From Octopus sinensis (Eukaryota): a DNA stretch of 64,000 nucleotides. Of the stretch, positions 1 through 13,800 are shown one piece after another. Position numbers and translations under genes: made by a program. Positions within the stretch are counted from its first letter, which is position 1; every line of letters begins with the position of its first letter. The stretch is taken from positions 54,002,001 to 54,066,000 of the forward strand of contig NC_043007.1 of assembly GCF_006345805.1 (NCBI RefSeq), given 5' to 3'. The notes under the pieces are model-generated. The model was not told where the DNA came from. It ran no database searches and saw nothing but the letters and a program-made list of their open reading frames with translations.

Positions 1-150
1 TTAAGGAAAGGAAAAAAATTTTTCCAATATTCTCCAACATTTTGACACAAATATATATATTTTTTAACATTTAAGCCTTCTGTCGTTTTTTCACACTTTA
101 CTATTTTCTTATATATTCACCCACGTGCTTTACCAAACAAACTTTCTTAT
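1..150 (+). repeat. 3' end of a short interspersed element, second copy at ~23261-23410 (probable PLE pLTR-derived)
   Basis: Near-identical to 23261-23410; both copies run into (TA)n. Confidence 0.75.
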
Positions 151-299
151 CTATATATATATATATATACACATGTATATATTAGGATGTATATATAATG
201 TATATATATATATACAGATGTATATGTATAGCTGTATATGTATACATGTATATGTATACATATATACACACATACACACCCGCACACATACACAGGTGC

Positions 300-1352
300 A
301 GTTTAATATTCAGTTTTGGATGCTGGTAGCGCAGGGCCTGCAATTTTTCAGCATTAAACTGCATATTATTATCCTCAGCCCATCTGTAGAGTGAGTCCAA
401 CTCCTGCTGCAGGTGTGCAACATCGCTGGGGTTCTGTATTTTCTGCGAGACTTTCGTATCGTCTGCATAGCTGGCCAGAGTGGCTATCCAGGCATTTGAG
501 GGCATCTATAAAAAGCAGTGGTCCCAAGACAGTGCCCTGTTGAACACCTTGTTATTTGTGTGTTCATAGAGGTGGTTTCATTAACGACTACTGCCTGACT
601 CCTATCTTTCAGGAAGTCATGCAACCACACTCCAAGTTTTCCAGCTATGCCGAGGTCACGCAGTTTGTGGCATATCATACCATGATCCACTTTGTCAAAA
701 GCTTTTGAAAAATCAAGGTAGATTACGTCCACATTTGATTTGTTGAGTAACTGCCTCAACACCCAGTCATAATGTTGTAAGAGCTGGGTCAGGCAGCTCC
801 TACCTGGTCGAAAACCATGCTGGGTATCACTCAGCAAGTTATTTTCCTCAAGGAATGCGATTAGTTTCTTTCTGACTATCCTTTCCATGACTTTCTGATG
901 TGTGAAGTCAGAGAGATAGGCCTATAGTTTTTGGCATCTGCTCTACTTGCCCCTTTATGTATTAGGCATATTATTCCCTCCTTTAGCTTGCTTGGCAGTT
1001 TGTCATTCGCAAGAAAGCTCTGGAAGAGAATCTTGAGGGGTTTTGCCAGGGCATGCTTACACGCTTTGAGGAGGATGGCTGGGAAACCATCTGGACCAGC
1101 AGCTGAGTTTGTGTCCACTTCATCTATGGCTAGTAGGACATCTTTTTCGCTAATGTCAATACATTCTATTGTAACCGCCTCGCTGGTTATAGGTGAGGCA
1201 GCAAAGAAGTCCACTGGTTCGTTCACTTGTCTGTGTTCCAATGGGGTGGTAAAGACACTTTTGAACTGGTCATTCAGCATCTCACGGATCTTAGTTGGAC
1301 TGTCTGTGAGGGAGCCATCCTTTTGGAGGAGGGGTCCTATCTTGTAGTGCAC
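300..1352 (-). pseudogene. LINE ORF2 reverse transcriptase, split by frameshifts
   Basis: AAGPDGFP, NYRPISLTS, QHGFRPGRSCLTQL, YLDFSKAFDKVDH and SYADDTK spread across three ORFs. Confidence 0.93.
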
Positions 1353-1772
1353 TGAGACTGTTTCTTTCGCTTAATGAAAGAAGGCCTTTGGGTTTGATTT
1401 AATGTTTTTTATAACCCAGGCTTCTTTGTCTGCTTTCTCCTTCACATAGGATTGTTGCAGCCTTTTTTTGATTTCCATCAGTGTTGTCTTTAGGCGGGAC
1501 ATTTCGCTACTTTTGGGATGTTGGTTGAGACAATTTGCAACCTTCGTCAGTCGTCTCATGAGGATCTTCCTGTCTCTTGGAATCTTGCTCCTATTTGTTT
1601 TGGCCTTGTGCTCTGGGACATATTTCTGGCATACGGCTTGCACAGAAGACATGAAACATTCTAGTTTCATGTCAATGTCTAGTGTGGAGAGACATTCCGG
1701 CCAGTCCTCTCTGAGGATCTCTTTTTGGATCGATTTCCAATCTGCTTTGTGGAAGTTCAGATTGGAGAGATT

Positions 1773-2639
1773 TCAGGTGCTTCCTTTAGGCTGTATGTCT
1801 CTGGTTACTTTTGGCCCAAACATAGACAGCTCTATTATGTTGTGATCCGAAACTGATGTCGGTGTCACTTTCACATCATGAATGATGTCCATATTGTTCG
1901 TGAAGCAGAGATCCAGAATGTTATTCGCCCTAGTTGGCTTAAGTACAACTTGCTCCATGAATAAGGCATTGGTGAGGTTGAGCAGGGACTCCACCTGTAC
2001 TTGCTTGCAATGATTCATTCCTGAGAGTATGTGACCTTCGTGCCATTTGACGTTGGGGAAGTTGAAATCACCCATAAGAAATATGGTCACGTGGTGTTCC
2101 AGATTCATGAGGATTTCTTTAATTCTTGTGAGGCAGTCTTCAAACTTGCCTGTGTGATTTGGGGCTTCTGGTGGGCAATATGTAGTGCATATGACTATAT
2201 TATGTTGTCTTGTGTATACAATTAAAGTGTCACACACCGAATTCGAGTATGTCATTAAGACCTGGGCTGTGAGGTCATCTCGGATGTATACAGCAACTCC
2301 ACCATGGCTCCTTTCCCTTCTGTCTGTTCGCAGTATGGCATAATTTGGTATGTGTACTTCTGCGTCCTCTATATCAGGATTGAGGTGAGTTTCCACAAGT
2401 GCTATGCATAGGGCTTGATTGCATGCAGTGAGATCTCTCAGGAAAGAAATTTTGTTTCTATTTTGATGCAACAGGCCCCCAATATTTAGTAAAAGTATTG
2501 GTGTGACGGCTGTGCAGGCGTTAGGGGAGGCCATCTCGTGTCTGTTGACTGTGGTGGTCTTGCACAGTGGTGGGCAGGCTTCCTTCTCTGCGCTTGGTGT
2601 AGCCAGGTTAGCTGCCGGACAATTCTTTGCGCCATGCAT
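1773..2639 (-). pseudogene. LINE ORF2 apurinic-like endonuclease domain
   Basis: Motifs LLLNIGGL, ALVETHL, DR..HGGVAVYIR, MGDFNFP, PTR.NNILDL, SDHN. Confidence 0.93.
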
Positions 2640-3183
2640 AAAAAAGACTCTTGCTCAGCTGCTGCGTTGCGCAGAACATCTGAGGAGCGCACTTCGTTTT
2701 TGAAAGTTTTCCTGGGAGACATTTCTTGTGTTCCCTCGGTAAAGTTTTTCTCTTTGAGTCCCCTGAAGTTCTGGCGGGGTGTCAGGTGGGCGAACCGGCA
2801 GTTTTTGCCGTCCTCACCATGCCAACATTTGCCCCGCAGGTAGAACTTACACCTGAAGTGTACTGGGTGGCATTGGATCCTCCATGGGGTTCTCTGCTGT
2901 TTGTGTGGTGGATTGGGGTTTCAGCTTTGGTTGTTTTGCCTTTTCCTCCTTTTCCCTCTTTATTTTTGTTTTCGGTCCTTCCTTTTTTCTTCTGTTTTTC
3001 TAATTTTTCACTGGTACAGGGGGCTTCCTGTTTCTGCTCCCTTGGCTCCCCTATCCTTCACTACCTGGTCGTTCACCGGGGTAGGTGATCCATTTTCCTG
3101 AGGAACCCCTGGATCACAAGACTTCCGGCTTCCTTCTCTTTTTCGTCCTCTTCATCCTCATCAGCTTTGCCACAATAATTTTC

Positions 3184-3984
<801 letters not shown>

Positions 3985-3988
<4 letters not shown>

Positions 3989-4289
3989 TAGAAGAGCTTC
4001 TACAGGACTAGAACTGTTTCATTCAGAGAAATTTCAGGAAGCTAGTTAAAAATTGTATTGGCATTTATACATTTAGGCAGGTTTAAAGGGGTGTTGGTGG
4101 GGGACTTTTTGGGGGTAGGCATAGCGCAAAAAATCATACTTGGGGGAGTGGTCAAGGAGTCAGTGTTAAATTAGATAGGAGAATAAAAAAATAAAAAATA
4201 AAAATAAAAATAAAAATAAAAAAAAAATAAAAAATAAAAAATAAAAAAATATATAAAAAAATATAAAAAAATAAAAATAAAAATAAAAA

Positions 4290-4346
<57 letters not shown>

Positions 4347-4742
4347 AAGGGGGAATAGAGTTTTAGGTAAATAAGGAGATTCTCACTTATACCTCTACAC
4401 ATACACACATATATACACTCACACATACATATACATATCTACACATACACATATATATGTATACATACACACACTCACTTGCATACACGTATACACACAT
4501 GTATATATACACACACGACCACACATACATATACACACAGAAAAATATATATATATATACACGTACACACATACTCACATACACGCATACACACACAATC
4601 CATACACCACATGCACACACAGCACACTAGTCCCTATATACACATATATACACATACACACATATATATACCCCACACATACACATACATACACATATAT
4701 ATACATACATACACATACACATACATATATATATACATACAC

Positions 4743-4773
<31 letters not shown>

Positions 4774-5200
4774 TATACATATGTGTACCCATGCATACCT
4801 ACACATACACACATATATATATATATACATATACAAATACAGACCCATTCCCTAATTTTAATTTTATTATCTTCGTTTATTACTTTGTTATCTTTGCCGC
4901 TTGGTCACAAACATCTTGGCTATGACAGCCAGACCATTTATCCGGCTACTGGAAAACAATTACTCATTCACTCACGCACACTCATTAGCACGTACACTCA
5001 CTCATTCGTACACTCATACGCATACACGCACGCACGCGTTATATTCATACATACGTACATCTACATACATTCACGTATATACACATACGTACGCGTACCT
5101 ACAGATTCATGTCTACACTCTTAGAAGGCTAGTCTATACATATACACCAATAAATATAAATACACACACATACATGTACACCTACATACAAATACATACA

Positions 5201-5270
<70 letters not shown>

Positions 5271-5398
5271 CGCGTACCTACAGATTCATGTCTACACTCT
5301 TAGAAGGCTAGTCTATACATATACACCAATAAATATAAATACACACACATACATGTACACCTACATACAAATACATACATGTACTTATATACATACAT

Positions 5399-5437
<39 letters not shown>

Positions 5438-5628
5438 CACACATACATATATATACATATATATACATATATATATTCATACTAACTGCTACTCAAAAAA
5501 TAAGTAATAGTAATATATATCCACAGTTATTCTACATGCATACTCAAAAAATAATAATATTAAGTAATGTCAGCAGTTAATATTATATAGACGGATACAT
5601 ACATATAATAACCTACACAATAGATATA

Positions 5629-5662
<34 letters not shown>

Positions 5663-5732
5663 CATAATACACACATTATATATAAATAAATATAATATAT
5701 ACATACACACATACACCACATATAATACACCT

Positions 5733-5771
<39 letters not shown>

Positions 5772-5878
5772 TATATATATTATACACACACACACATATA
5801 TATACATATAGACACACACAATTATAAATATAATATAAATATATACATACACACATACACCTACATATACACATACAC

Positions 5879-5936
<58 letters not shown>

Positions 5937-6421
5937 CATATATATACAGACACATACATACATATATATACATACTTACACATGTACATATAAATCACAC
6001 ATAGATACTATAACGTATACACATACATAAACACACGAGCGTACGCGCATATGTACATATACATATACCCAGCACACGCATACACATACATACATACATA
6101 CACATACAACACATGTATACACACACTCACATACCATATATACATACATATACATACACATACATATATATATATATGTATATATATCATATATGTATAT
6201 ATGTAACTTAATATATATGTGTATGTATTGTGTATGTATATATGTGTATGTATTGTGTTGTATCATGTGTGTTGTGTATGTATACGTACGTGTGCGTGTC
6301 ATAATGTATATGTACATGCTCGTACCTCGTGTGTTATGTATTGTAGTACGTAATTTACATGTGTGTATATACATACATGGTACATGTACATATATGTGTA
6401 TGTGTATGACATGTATGTGTA

Positions 6422-6459
<38 letters not shown>

Positions 6460-7042
6460 GTGTATGTGTATATATATGTGTGTATGTATATATTTATATA
6501 TATATATGTATGTGTGTGTATATATGTATATATATGTGTGTGTGTATATATAATATGATATATATATATATATTATATATATATGTATGTGTATGTGTAT
6601 GTAGGTGTATGTGTATATGTGATATTATGTATTTATATATATAGGTGTATGTGTATATATGTATATGTATATTATACACATATACACACAATCTATATAA
6701 CTACATATATATATACATCATACACCTATGTACACATACATACATACAGTATTTATATATACTATATATATATATATATATAGACATATATACCCACACA
6801 TATATAAATATAAATTATATATACATACATACATTATATATCATGTGTGTATATATATCTATCTATGTGTGTAGTGATATTGTAGATATCCGTGATATAA
6901 TAGGTATGTGTATTAACTTATATTTATTATTTGTTGAGTATGTGTATGAATATGCGTGTAGTATATTTACTATGTACTTATTTTTTGAGTATGCATTTAG
7001 TATGAATTATATATGTATATATATGTATATATATGTAGTGTG

Positions 7043-7095
<53 letters not shown>

Positions 7096-8452
7096 ATGTG
7101 TGTAGGTTTATGTATGTATTATCCGTATATATATAGGTAACTATATATATATGTGTGTATTTATTATATCTATATCTATGTGTGTATGTTTATTATATGT
7201 ATGTATCCGTCTATATAATAGTAACTGCTGTATATACTTAATATTTTTTTTTTGAGTATGCATTATGAATAACTGCGTGTATATATATTACTATTTACTT
7301 ATTTTTTGAGTATGCATGTTAGTATGAATATATATGTATCTATATATGTATATATATGTATGTGTGTATATGTATATATATATATATATATATATAGTAT
7401 ATATATATATATAATATATATATATGTGTGTATGTATGTTATAAGTACAGTATGTATTGTATGTAGTATACATGTATTGTGTGTATTTATATTTATTGTG
7501 TATATGTGTATAGATATTCTATTGTATATATAATCTGTATGTACGTGTGTATATATATATATATTATATATATATATATATATAGTATATATATATGTAC
7601 ATGTATGTATTTGTATGTAGGTGTACATGTATGTGTGTGTATTTATATTTATTGGTGTATATGTATAGACTAGCCTTCTAAGAGTGTAGACATGAATCTG
7701 TAGGTACGCGTACGTATGTGTATATACGTGAATGTATGTAGATGTACGTATGTAGAATATAACGCGTGCGTGCGTGTATGCGTATGAGTGTACGAATGAG
7801 TGAGTGTACGTGCTAATGAGTGTGCGTGAGTGAATGAGTAATTGTTTTCCAGTAGCCGGATAATGGTCTGGCTGTCATAGCCAAGATGTTTGTGACCAAG
7901 CGGCCAAAGATAACAAAAGTAATAAACGAAGATAATAAAATTAAAATTAGGGAATGGGTCTGTATTTGTATATGTATATATATATATGTGTGTATGTGTA
8001 GGTATGCATGGGTACACATATGTATATATATGTGTATATATATATATATATATTATGTGTATGTATATATATATGTATGTGTATGTGTATGTATTATATA
8101 TGTGTATGTATGTGTAGTGTGTGGGTGTATATATGTGTGTATGTGTATATATGTGTATATAGGGACTAGTGTGCTGTGTGTGCATGTGTGTGTATGGATT
8201 TGTGTGTGTATGCGTGTATGTGAGTATGTGTGTGTACGTGTATATATAATATATTTTTCTGTGTGTATATGTATGTGTGGTCGTGTGTGTATAATACATG
8301 TGTGTATACGTGTATGCAAGTGAGTGTGTGTATGTATACATATATATGTGTATGTGTAGATATGTATATGTATGTGTGAGTGTATATATGTGTGTATGTG
8401 TAGAGGTATAAGTGAGAATCTCCTTATTTACCTAAAACTCTATTCCCCCCTT

Positions 8453-8486
<34 letters not shown>

Positions 8487-8546
8487 TATTATATATTTAT
8501 TTTTTTTTTTTATTTTTTTTTTTATATTTTTTATATATTTTTTATT

Positions 8547-8582
<36 letters not shown>

Positions 8583-8900
8583 ATTTTTATTTTTTATTTT
8601 TTATTTTTTATTTTTTTATTCTCCTATCTAATTTAACACTGACTCCTTGACCACCGCCCCAAGTATGATTTTTTGCGCTATGCCTACCCCCAAAAAGTCC
8701 CCCACCAACACCCCTTTAAACCTGCCTAAATGTATAAATGCCAATACAATTCTTGTTAACTAGCTTCCTGAAGATTTCTCTTGAATGAAACAGTTCTAGT
8801 CCTGTAGAAGCTCCTTCTATATAATAAATTAATTTTACTCTGCTATGTATTGAGTACCTTATTTACTGTGGTTAACCCCGAATCAACCCGGGACCTACAT
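3985..8900. repeat. Large inverted repeat (arms ~3985-5700 and ~7150-8825) of a non-coding, microsatellite-rich, hammerhead-bearing element
   Basis: 3991-4180 is the reverse complement of 8625-8820; 4840-5150 mirrors 7650-7965; 5480-5600 mirrors 7200-7325. Confidence 0.9.
8762..8812 (+). ncRNA. Type I hammerhead ribozyme
   Basis: AGCTTC-CTGAAGA-tTTC/GAAt-GAA-ACAG/CTGT-A-GAAGCT; 6-bp stem I, GUA cleavage triplet, weak stem II. Confidence 0.75.
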
Positions 8901-8924
8901 ATATATATATATATATATATCTAC

Positions 8925-10640
8925 ATCTAAAACTGAAATGCGTTTTTACCGCTTCGATCGCTTTCAATGCCACTACATCCCGTCCGATTCGCTCCAAAAT
9001 TTACAGGGACATGTAGAATGAGGTGACGATGCTCGTGGGCTACCTTAGAATTCCCTATCTTAAAAGGTGTGGTTGCTAGGGGCCATCTTCCTCACTCACC
9101 CTATTTCCTCCAGTACCCTCTCACTCCTCTTCATTTGACAAGTCCACTCCAGGTATTTAATGTAAAGTCTTCCTCAAATCACTCTCTCGCTATTTCCTCT
9201 CTTCCAAGAACATTTTCACTCACTCTTATCTCTTAGCTTCCCATACATTTTACTCATGTATGTATCAGCGTTCATAGACAGAAACAAATATTACATCGCC
9301 CTCGCCATCCCATTCTATTGTCTACCTGTCAACACACACATATATACATATATCTAATATTATATTTTTATTTTTATGTTTTTGTTTTTGGTTTTTTACT
9401 GTTTCATTTCCCTATTAGTAGTTTTATCTCTAATTTAATTTCTACAGCGTGCACACACACACACACACCTATATGTGGCCCCAGTACACCGGAATGAAAT
9501 CGGGTTCTCTTCATCAAAATGTGAAAAGGGGTCTACAATTATCATCGCCACAACTTATGTATGTCTTCCTCACTCACTCACTCTTTTTCCTAATGATAAT
9601 TATCATCGCCACCACCAACACACAATCATGACAATCTTTCTCTTAAATCAAATCATGTTTACATTGCAAAATATTTCATTTTCCCGTCCTCTCTTTCATA
9701 TATCACCTTTTCTTTCTCGAGCTCTCTCTTTTTTCGCCGTTTCTATTTATTCTACAACGAGTCTATCAATGACAGCCACAAAAGTTTCAATATTCCTACT
9801 TCACCTCTTTCAGAAATGCAACAGATATTATTTATTTTGCCGGGGTTAAAGCCCACTACATCCCGTGGGATTCACTCCAAAATTTACACCTTCTCTTTCT
9901 ACCTCTAACTCCCATTCAGTTTCTCTTTATCTCCATTCTTAAAGATAATTATCATCACCACCACCACCACCACCACCACCAACACACAATCTGGACAATC
10001 TTTCTCTTATAACAAATCATGTTTACATTGCAACGACGTCTGCCACCTCCGCCGTCTCTATTTATTCTGCAAATGACCACAACTCGGGAAACTTGGTTGA
10101 GTGTTCTATGGTCTATGACCAGAACTCGGGAAACTTGGTTGAGTGTTCTATGGTCTATGACCAGAACTTGGGAAACTTGGTTGAGTCCTCATCTTATAAA
10201 ATGTGGCCCCAGTAGACCCAAATGAAATCGGGTTATATTAACCAAAATGTGAAAAGGGGTCTAAATGGGGCTGGAAGGGGATTAAAATTTAAAGGAGCGG
10301 GTGTTTAGCAATTCTCTGTTACATCAAGCTAAAATATTTGCGCCAGCCTTTTAATCGTCAATGTGTTGCCGTCCATGATAAAGAAGTTTTGAATGCTTGC
10401 CATGGTGAGTCTACCGTCGTGAGAAAGAATCACTTCAAAACTTGGTGTTTACGAATTTTCTTTTACAACAAGTTCAAAATTTTACGCCAGCCGTTGAACT
10501 GTCACTACGTTGCTGTCCATCGTTAAGAAATGCCAGCCATGGTGACTCTACTATCCTCAGATTCTATCACTTCAAACTTTGGTTTCCAATATTTTATTAT
10601 TTTTATTCAGCTCGCAAGTTCGTCTGTCCCTTTTAAATGT
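8925..10640 (+). mobile_element. Mosaic non-autonomous element (possibly Helitron-derived) with internal duplications
   Basis: Starts TCTAAAACTG after a TA tract; duplicated blocks at 8970/9853, 9474/10203, 9593/9944 and 10335/10480. Confidence 0.35.
10081..10186. repeat. 42-bp tandem repeat, ~2.5 copies
   Basis: AACTCGGGAAACTTGGTTGAGTGTTCTATGGTCTATGACCAG starting at 10081, 10123 and 10165. Confidence 0.95.
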
Positions 10641-10875
10641 TAGCGTTTTGCTGTCTGCCTTGAAGCAGACCTTTCCGTTGCCACTGCCTGATATTTCTGA
10701 TTGATCTTTCTAAATATTTTACTTCTCAACTTACTCAAGATCTTCTGTTGTTTATAAATGGGAGAGAGATAGATAAAGATAGAGAGTAAGAGAAAGCGAG
10801 GGAGAGTCCGAGAGAAAAGAAAAGTAAGAGAGTGGGAAAGTGAGAGAGAAAGGAGAGAGAAACAAAGAGGGAGAA

Positions 10876-11180
10876 TCATCATCATCGTTTAACGTCCGTT
10901 TTCCGTGCTAGCACGGGTTGGACAGTTTGACAGGGGTCTGGGAAGCCAGGAGGCTGCACCAGGCTCCAGTCTGATCTGGCAGTGTTTCGACAGGTGGATG
11001 CCCTTCCTAATACCAACCACTCTGTGAGCGTAGTGGGAGCTTTTTTCGTGCCGCCGGCACAGGTGCCAGGACGGCTCGCAGTGGCAACGATCAGTTGGTG
11101 CTTTTTACGTGCCACCGGCACAGAAGCAAGTCAAGGCGGTGCTGCAATTGGCCACGCTCGGATGGTGCTTTTTACGTGCT
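10876..11180 (-). mobile_element. RTE 3'UTR-derived short retroelement with (GAT)n tail
   Basis: TTAGGAAGGGCATCCA...GGAAAACGGACGTTAAACGATGATGAT motif shared with the 3' end of the RTE at 56710-56975. Confidence 0.85.
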
Positions 11181-11270
11181 GAAAGGAAGCAACAGAAAGT
11201 AACAACCACACTCTTACCCACGCTTAGAGCGGGTCACCTTCAGCTAGTATATATATATATATATATTTAT

Positions 11271-11365
<95 letters not shown>

Positions 11366-11539
11366 CTTCCGGTTTTCTTGGGAAACGGCGGTGTTTTCCT
11401 TCTCTCTCTTCAAAGAATCCAAAATCCAAACGAATCCTCTGCGTTCTGCTAGTGAAACTTTACGATAAGTATATTTTTATTAACGTAACATATTAAGACA
11501 ACTTTTTTTGATATATTTGACATCTTTTCATGAAAATTG

Positions 11540-12116
11540 ATAACATTTTTCCTCGTTTGAAAACGCACGCGTGTTTATTTTCGATTTCAGTACGTTTTGA
11601 TTCAGAGCGGCTTATCTGTTTATTTACTCTATTTGTGCGGCGAGTGTATTGTTTACTATTGCTTTGCTTATTGTATTGCTGTATATATGTCGTGTGTTTA
11701 TTTGTGTTTTTGTGCTATTGGTCTTTTGGTATAACATTTTTCCTCATATGAAAACGCACGCGTGTTTGTTTTCGTTTTCGATTTCAGTACGTTTTGATTC
11801 AGAGCGGCTTATCTGTTTATCTACTCTATTTGTGCGTCGAGTGTATTGTTTACTATTGCTTTGCTTATTGTATTGCTGTATATATGTCGTGTGTTTATTT
11901 GTGTTTTTGTGCTATTGGTCTTTTGGTATAACATTTTTCCTCATATGAAAACGCACGCGTGTTTGTTTTCGTTTTCGATTTCAGTACGTTTTGATTCAGA
12001 GCGGCTTATCTGTTTATCTACTCTATTTGTGCGTCGAGTGTATTGTTTACTATTGCTTTGCTTATTGTATTGCTGTATATATGTCGTGTGTTTATTTGTG
12101 TTTTTGTGCTATTGGT
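11540..12116. repeat. Three tandem copies of a ~191-197 bp unit
   Basis: ATAACATTTTTCCTC...AAAACGCACGCGTG starting at 11540, 11731 and 11928. Confidence 0.95.
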
Positions 12117-12924
12117 TTTCCTAATTAATTAATTTAGATATCTGTGTATGTAAGTGCTTTCGTACAGGTTTCGATCTAATTGATTAATTATTCTGTTGAT
12201 ATATGTGTGTATGCGTGTATATATATGTATATATATATATATATGTATCGCGTGTATTGGAGAAATTGATCTTGCGAGATATACCTTTAAAACTGTTTTC
12301 TTATCTTTCGCTATCGTGCGCGTGTGTTATATATTTAGAACGGTAAATTCCGTGACAACAAGTGTCGATGTTTACAGGTTGTACATATCTGTGATGAATG
12401 GATATTTTTACTTTATATATATCTATATATGTAAGTATGTGTGTATATGTAACATATTGTAGCTATTCCTTCTCTTGCATTCTCACACTCTCTCCTCTCT
12501 CAAAATCTCTTTCTCTCTCTTCTTTCACAGCCTCTCTGCCCCTCTATCTCTCCCTCGTAATCTTTTCTCTCGCTTTCCTGCACTACCTCTTTCTCTCCCC
12601 CCCTCTCTCGCTCTTTCCATCCCCACTCCTCTCCCCCCTCTCTCTCTCACCTCCCTTTTCCTTCCTTTTCACTATCCCTTCTCTTTCCCTCACGAACTCA
12701 CTCCCTCCCTCTCATCTCTCTCTTTTTCTTTCTTTCCTTCAGACCCCTTTCTCTATCTCTCTCGCCCTCTCTCGCTTTCCTTCCCTGCCTCTCTCTCACC
12801 CTCTCTCTCTTTCCCCAAAACAGTCTTCTTTTCCTCTCTCTCACCCTCCCTTCCTCACAATCTCTTCCTCTCTCCTCCCTTCTCCCTTTTTCCCTCACAG
12901 CTTCTCTCTCCCCGCTACAACGGA

Positions 12925-13800
12925 ATGGACAACATGCAAAAATTAGAGGTGAATGCAAACACTGGCGTCAACAAAAGCCAGCGTAACTGGACGAAAGTAG
13001 AGCTAGAAGTTTTCATCAGAGGATGGAGCTCGGCCGACAGATCGCAACCAACTAAAAACATAGCGGCGACCCTGAAAAGCCATGGCTTTATGAGGACGTT
13101 GGCGCAGGTAGAGAGGAAGAAAAGAGAAGTCGAAAGGGCCTACACTCTCATTGCACCACACATGGCTTTGCTAAGCCAAGTCCTCAAGGTGGACAAAGAC
13201 AAAGAGAGAGAGATGGAAACAGGAAACACCAACCACAGAGTGTCAAAAAATGACACACCCACAGCCACAGTCGAAGAAGGCAAGCAGGGCAAACAACAGA
13301 TAGGCGGCGATGGGGAAACGGAAATAAACCACCCGGATGAAAATACCTATGCAGAAAGGAACCAGTGGACAACCGTCCAACGGAGGAAGAAAAAACAGAG
13401 AGGAACTGGGGACAAGAAAACCCAGATAACATGCAAATTCTTCCGGAATGGGACTGCTGGCATGGAGAAACAGGGGAAGGATGCAGGTTCGCTCTCCCAG
13501 GCCCTATGGAAATTGCATCAAACCCACTCGACCAAAATGCCTTAACCAAAACCAAGACCGAAACCAAAACCAGAACAAATTCAAGCTGCCCCAGAAATAT
13601 GCAGACATAGTGCGGAATGCCCCAACAAGGAGAAGGCGCACATTTGCAGAGGAAATGCAGACGGCGGCAGCAGAACAAAGAAATTTTGTGGAAATAGCAG
13701 AGAAAATTGTGGGACAACTGGCCTGGATACATCGTCTTCAGAGCCAGGGGCACTCACAACAGCACTCAAGACCACCACAATCAAGGGACCCAGGTGCCAC
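12925..13800 (+). pseudogene. LINE ORF1 with Myb/SANT-like domain and CCCH-like finger (frameshifted)
   Basis: WTKVELEVFIRGW...IAATLKSHGFMRTLAQVERK; CKFFRNGT/CWHGETGEGCRF; homologous to 62421-63307. Confidence 0.75.

Larger units (their letters stand above)
290..3180 (-). mobile_element. CR1-group non-LTR retrotransposon, copy 1 (truncated at both ends, frameshifted)
   Basis: CCCH finger at 2786-2851, then APE endonuclease and RT motifs in order on the minus strand; microsatellite on both sides. Confidence 0.92.

Noticed and set aside
4166-8650. Dozens of ORFs rich in YI, CV and HT repeats
   Set aside because: Translations of (TA)n, (TG)n and (CA)n microsatellites
10081-10186. CRISPR-like periodicity (also 35892-35995)
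   Set aside because: Contiguous units with no unique spacers, no cas genes, eukaryotic context
12475-12924. Ser/Leu/Pro-rich N-terminus of the 356-aa ORF
   Set aside because: Stop-free polypyrimidine tract; the plausible start is the ATG at 12925
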